DNA of 64,000 bases from an uncultured delta proteobacterium (GTDB lineage: Bacteria > Desulfobacterota > Binatia > UBA9968): positions 192,001 through 256,000 of the forward strand of contig CAWFJP010000018.1 of NCBI GenBank assembly GCA_963816145.1. Direction: 5' to 3'. The notes under the pieces were generated by a model that was not told the origin of the DNA, made no database searches, and worked only from the letters and a program-made list of their open reading frames with translations. Position numbers and translations under genes: made by a program. Shown one piece after another: positions 61,093 through 64,000 of this stretch. How positions within the stretch are numbered: the stretch's first letter is position 1; every line of letters begins with the position of its first letter.

Positions 61093-62646
61093 TTAGTGTT
61101 TCAGCTTCAGTTCCCAATTCAAATAATTCAGCATGTCTTGTTTGCTGCCGCGGATCGACGGCGACAAAACGACGTCGTTGGGTTTGACTAGACAGTCATC
61201 GAGTCCGGCGGCGGTTTGAAGTCCCGCAGCCAACCAGCGCCGAGCGCCGCCGTCGAGAACCAGGACATCGCTGTAACCGACTTGGCCGAGCTGGCGCGCC
61301 GCCAAAATCGATTGCCGTCCATCGGCACAGGTCAACACAATCCGCTGTGCGCGATCTGAAAATAGCTCCGGCACTTTGACGTCGATCCAGCCGCGGGAAA
61401 TCCACTTGGCTCCGGGAATGTGAGCGTTTTCGAAATCCAAACTGGAACCGACATCGAGAATCAACGCCGCTTCCGCGTTTAGTTTTCGTAGCTCCGCCGC
61501 GGCGATAATCCGCGCGCTGCGCTGGGCTGATTCGAACCCTAACGGCGCCGCTATATCTGCACCGGAAACTAATGGCCTCGCACCCGCCCGCCACGCTTCC
61601 AAGCCGCCTTGCAGCACGCTGACGTTCTTGAATCCCATCTGCCGGTACCAATACGCCGCCATCACCGCACGCGCCGATTGGTTGCTGACGAAAACGATGC
61701 AACCATTGCGCACTGGCACGAAATCATCGGCACGCTGCACCGCCTGGCCGCCCGGCACGTTGATAGACCCCTCAATATGAGCGGAAGCAAACTCCGGCTC
61801 GGATCGCACATCGATCAGATAAATGACCGCGTCAACGGGATCCTCGACCAATCGCGCAAGATCTTCTGCCGTGATCCACGCAAGCTTTTCATCCGCTGCG
61901 ATCTGCATTGCCGCCGCGATCGCTTTGTTGCTGCTTTGCGGCGCAGCGGCGTGCCGTGACGGCTTCGATTCCAAATCATAACCGGCCAACACCCAGCCCA
62001 TCGTGCCGTTTCGCAGCGCCCACACATTGGTCAGGCCAAGCCGGCGCAGCGCCGCCGTGCCAATGATGCTCCGTGTCCGGCCGGCACAGTTGACGACTAC
62101 GGCCGGCTTATTGCGCAAGGCTTCAGCCCAGAGTATCAATTCACCGCCCGGCACATTGATGCCGCCGGGAATACAAAATCTGCCGTACTCCTCGGGCGTG
62201 CGCACGTCGACGATCGTCAGATCGCGGTTACTATCGAGCAACGCTTTCAACTCCTCAGGTGACAGGTCGGGAACATCACGGTCGTGGTGCACGCGCTCGC
62301 CAAACGCCTTACTCGGCACGTTGACGCCGCTGGCGGTCTCGCGCCCATCGGATTGCCAGGCGCTTAACCCACCCTGTAGAATCGAAACATCCAGATAATC
62401 CAGGTCAGTCAAAGTGCCGGCCGCCAATTCCGCGCGGTTCCCGCCCTCGTCATAAACAACAATCGGCACCTTGCGATTGGGCACCAATGCGCCGATACGA
62501 AACTCGATCTGACTGCGCGGTAAAGAAGTGGTATTGGCAATCTGCCCTTGGTTGTATTCGCCGCGCTCGCGTACGTCGAAGACTGCGAACAAGCGATCGG
62601 ATGTCATCAATGCCGCGGTATCAGCCGGCGATATGGTTTTGATCAT
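61093..62646 (-). CDS. Four-domain rhodanese/sulfurtransferase
   Basis: Four DV(R/G)...I.G...L.GG units; SGVNVPSKAFGE; VNCAGRTRS active loop. Confidence 0.9.
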   Translation of the reverse strand: MIKTISPADTAALMTSDRLFAVFDVRERGEYNQGQIANTTSLPRSQIEFRIGALVPNRKVPIVVYDEGGNRAELAAGTLTDLDYLDVSILQGGLSAWQSDGRETASGVNVPSKAFGERVHHDRDVPDLSPEELKALLDSNRDLTIVDVRTPEEYGRFCIPGGINVPGGELILWAEALRNKPAVVVNCAGRTRSIIGTAALRRLGLTNVWALRNGTMGWVLAGYDLESKPSRHAAAPQSSNKAIAAAMQIAADEKLAWITAEDLARLVEDPVDAVIYLIDVRSEPEFASAHIEGSINVPGGQAVQRADDFVPVRNGCIVFVSNQSARAVMAAYWYRQMGFKNVSVLQGGLEAWRAGARPLVSGADIAAPLGFESAQRSARIIAAAELRKLNAEAALILDVGSSLDFENAHIPGAKWISRGWIDVKVPELFSDRAQRIVLTCADGRQSILAARQLGQVGYSDVLVLDGGARRWLAAGLQTAAGLDDCLVKPNDVVLSPSIRGSKQDMLNYLNWELKLKH

Positions 62647-62745
62647 AACTTGAATTTATCCCAACCCGAATGAAACTTGAACCCACTGGCGGTTTCTGTT
62701 CTACTTGGGTCTGCGGCAAATTTAAGCGCACTTCTGGAGGATCCC

Positions 62746-63705
62746 ATGGCAGCGATTCATGAAAAGTTCAGCGGTCTATTTATCCCGTATGTCACCCCGT
62801 TTAACCAAGATGGTTCCCTGGATGGCGAAAGTCTCTCGCGCCTGACGAAACACTTCGCCGCTCTGCCCGGCGTCGCCGGTCTAGTGTCCTGCGCGCGCAT
62901 TGGCGAAAGCCCGGTCTTAAGCATTCAGGAAAAGCGCCAGGTGTACGAAGTCTGCGGCAAGATCGCCCGCGACGCCGGCAAAGTCCATATCGCCGCCATC
63001 GCGCCCCAATCCACCGACGAAGCGGTCGCGCTCATGCGCGATCTGGAGAATCTCGCCGTCGACGGCGTGATGATTTTTCCACCGCTGCTGTTTTCCTGGG
63101 GCAAGGTCGATAACAACTTAAAAGTCCGCTTCTTTGAAGACTTGGCGCGCGAGACCAAGCTCCCGGTCGTGCTATTTCAGATCCCGGTGAAAAGCTACTA
63201 CTACGATCCCGACACTATCTGCCGCATCGCCAGGCTGGACAACGTCGTCGCCTTTAAAGAAGCATCCTTCGACATCGAGCTGTTTACCAACACCGCAAAG
63301 CAGTTGCAGCGTGACAAATCCCCCATGCGCATTCTAACCGGCAACGATCGTTTCGTCGCCGAGAGTTATCAGTTGGGCGCCCACGGCGCGCTCATCGGCG
63401 TCGCCAACGTCGCCACCGAGAAATGGGGCGCCATGGACTTCGCCGGCCGCGCCGGCAAGTTCGACGAGGCGTTTCGAATTCAGAAAGAACTAGAGTCGGT
63501 GAAAGAACTGGTCTTCAGCGAACCGATCGTCGAAGCGGTGGCGCGCATCAAAGCGGTCCTGCACTACGAAGGCTTAATCAAGACCGCCACCGTGCGCCGG
63601 CCGCAATTAGGCATCTCCGAAGCGGAAAAGAAACAACTACTGGAAAGCTACCGCGCCCTCAAGAACAACGAGTTCCGCCCCCAAAGCGCCCATCAAGCGG
63701 CGTAG
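62746..63705 (+). CDS. Dihydrodipicolinate synthase-like (class I aldolase) protein
   Basis: GGAGG RBS; VTPF, GES, Schiff-base K in AFKEAS, TGND. Confidence 0.88.
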   Translation: MAAIHEKFSGLFIPYVTPFNQDGSLDGESLSRLTKHFAALPGVAGLVSCARIGESPVLSIQEKRQVYEVCGKIARDAGKVHIAAIAPQSTDEAVALMRDLENLAVDGVMIFPPLLFSWGKVDNNLKVRFFEDLARETKLPVVLFQIPVKSYYYDPDTICRIARLDNVVAFKEASFDIELFTNTAKQLQRDKSPMRILTGNDRFVAESYQLGAHGALIGVANVATEKWGAMDFAGRAGKFDEAFRIQKELESVKELVFSEPIVEAVARIKAVLHYEGLIKTATVRRPQLGISEAEKKQLLESYRALKNNEFRPQSAHQAA

Positions 63706-63725
63706 AAGAAAAAATTACCAGACAT

Positions 63726-63799
63726 TTCACCACGAAGAGTACGAAGGTTGCGGAAATTTCATTTCCGGACTTCGTGCTCTTCGTGACCTTCGTGGTGAA
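63726..63799. repeat. CACCACGAAG-family full hairpin between convergent genes
   Basis: TTCACCACGAAGAGTACGAAG ... CTTCGTGACCTTCGTGGTGAA. Confidence 0.85.
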
Positions 63800-63824
63800 T
63801 ATGTATTTGCCTTATTCGCGGCTG

Positions 63825-64000
63825 TCACTCAGCCCCTCGGCTGGGAATCACCAAGGCGAAAAGCGCAGTCGTCACCGCCAATAACACCATGGCACTGATC
63901 GCCAGCGACCAGTGAATGCCGATCAACCCGCCGACGACGCCCACCGTGACGCCGCTGAAGGCGCGCAGGCCGTTGTTCGAGGTATTGAACAGGCCGATCA
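63825..64000 (-). CDS. MFS transporter C-terminus (partial)
   Basis: Manual translation IGLFNTSNNGLRAFSGVTVGVVGGLIGIHWSLAISAM...GAE*. Confidence 0.7.
   Translation of the reverse strand, partial: IGLFNTSNNGLRAFSGVTVGVVGGLIGIHWSLAISAMVLLAVTTALFALVIPSRGAE

Overview
GC-rich bacterial chromosome segment, probably from a metagenome assembly. The gene families and intergenic repeats suggest Candidatus Binatia/Binatota (inference, not verified). There are three zones. (1) 1-7.9 kb housekeeping: guaB-guaA-LOG-tupABC on the minus strand, with divergent FmdB-like and comM/yifB genes; the guaB leader contains an intrinsic terminator. (2) About 8-35 kb: an almost entirely minus-strand redox/detoxification cluster with two FhlA-like sigma54 activators. 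It has three sigma54 (-24/-12) promoters, each preceded by the same tandem 16-bp palindrome pair (YGCCGA-N4-TCGGCR twice, 2-bp gap), plus many small ORFs and several frameshifted or truncated genes. (3) 35-64 kb: catabolic/transport genes (gor, MFS, four amidohydrolase_2 paralogues, two maleate-isomerase-like proteins lacking catalytic Cys, orphan solute-binding proteins, CDO, rhodanese, DHDPS-like), interspersed with several palindromic repeat families including a 130-bp MITE-like element nested inside other repeats. No rRNA, tRNA, CRISPR array, integrase or transposase was seen. All calls come from motif recognition by eye; no database searches were run.
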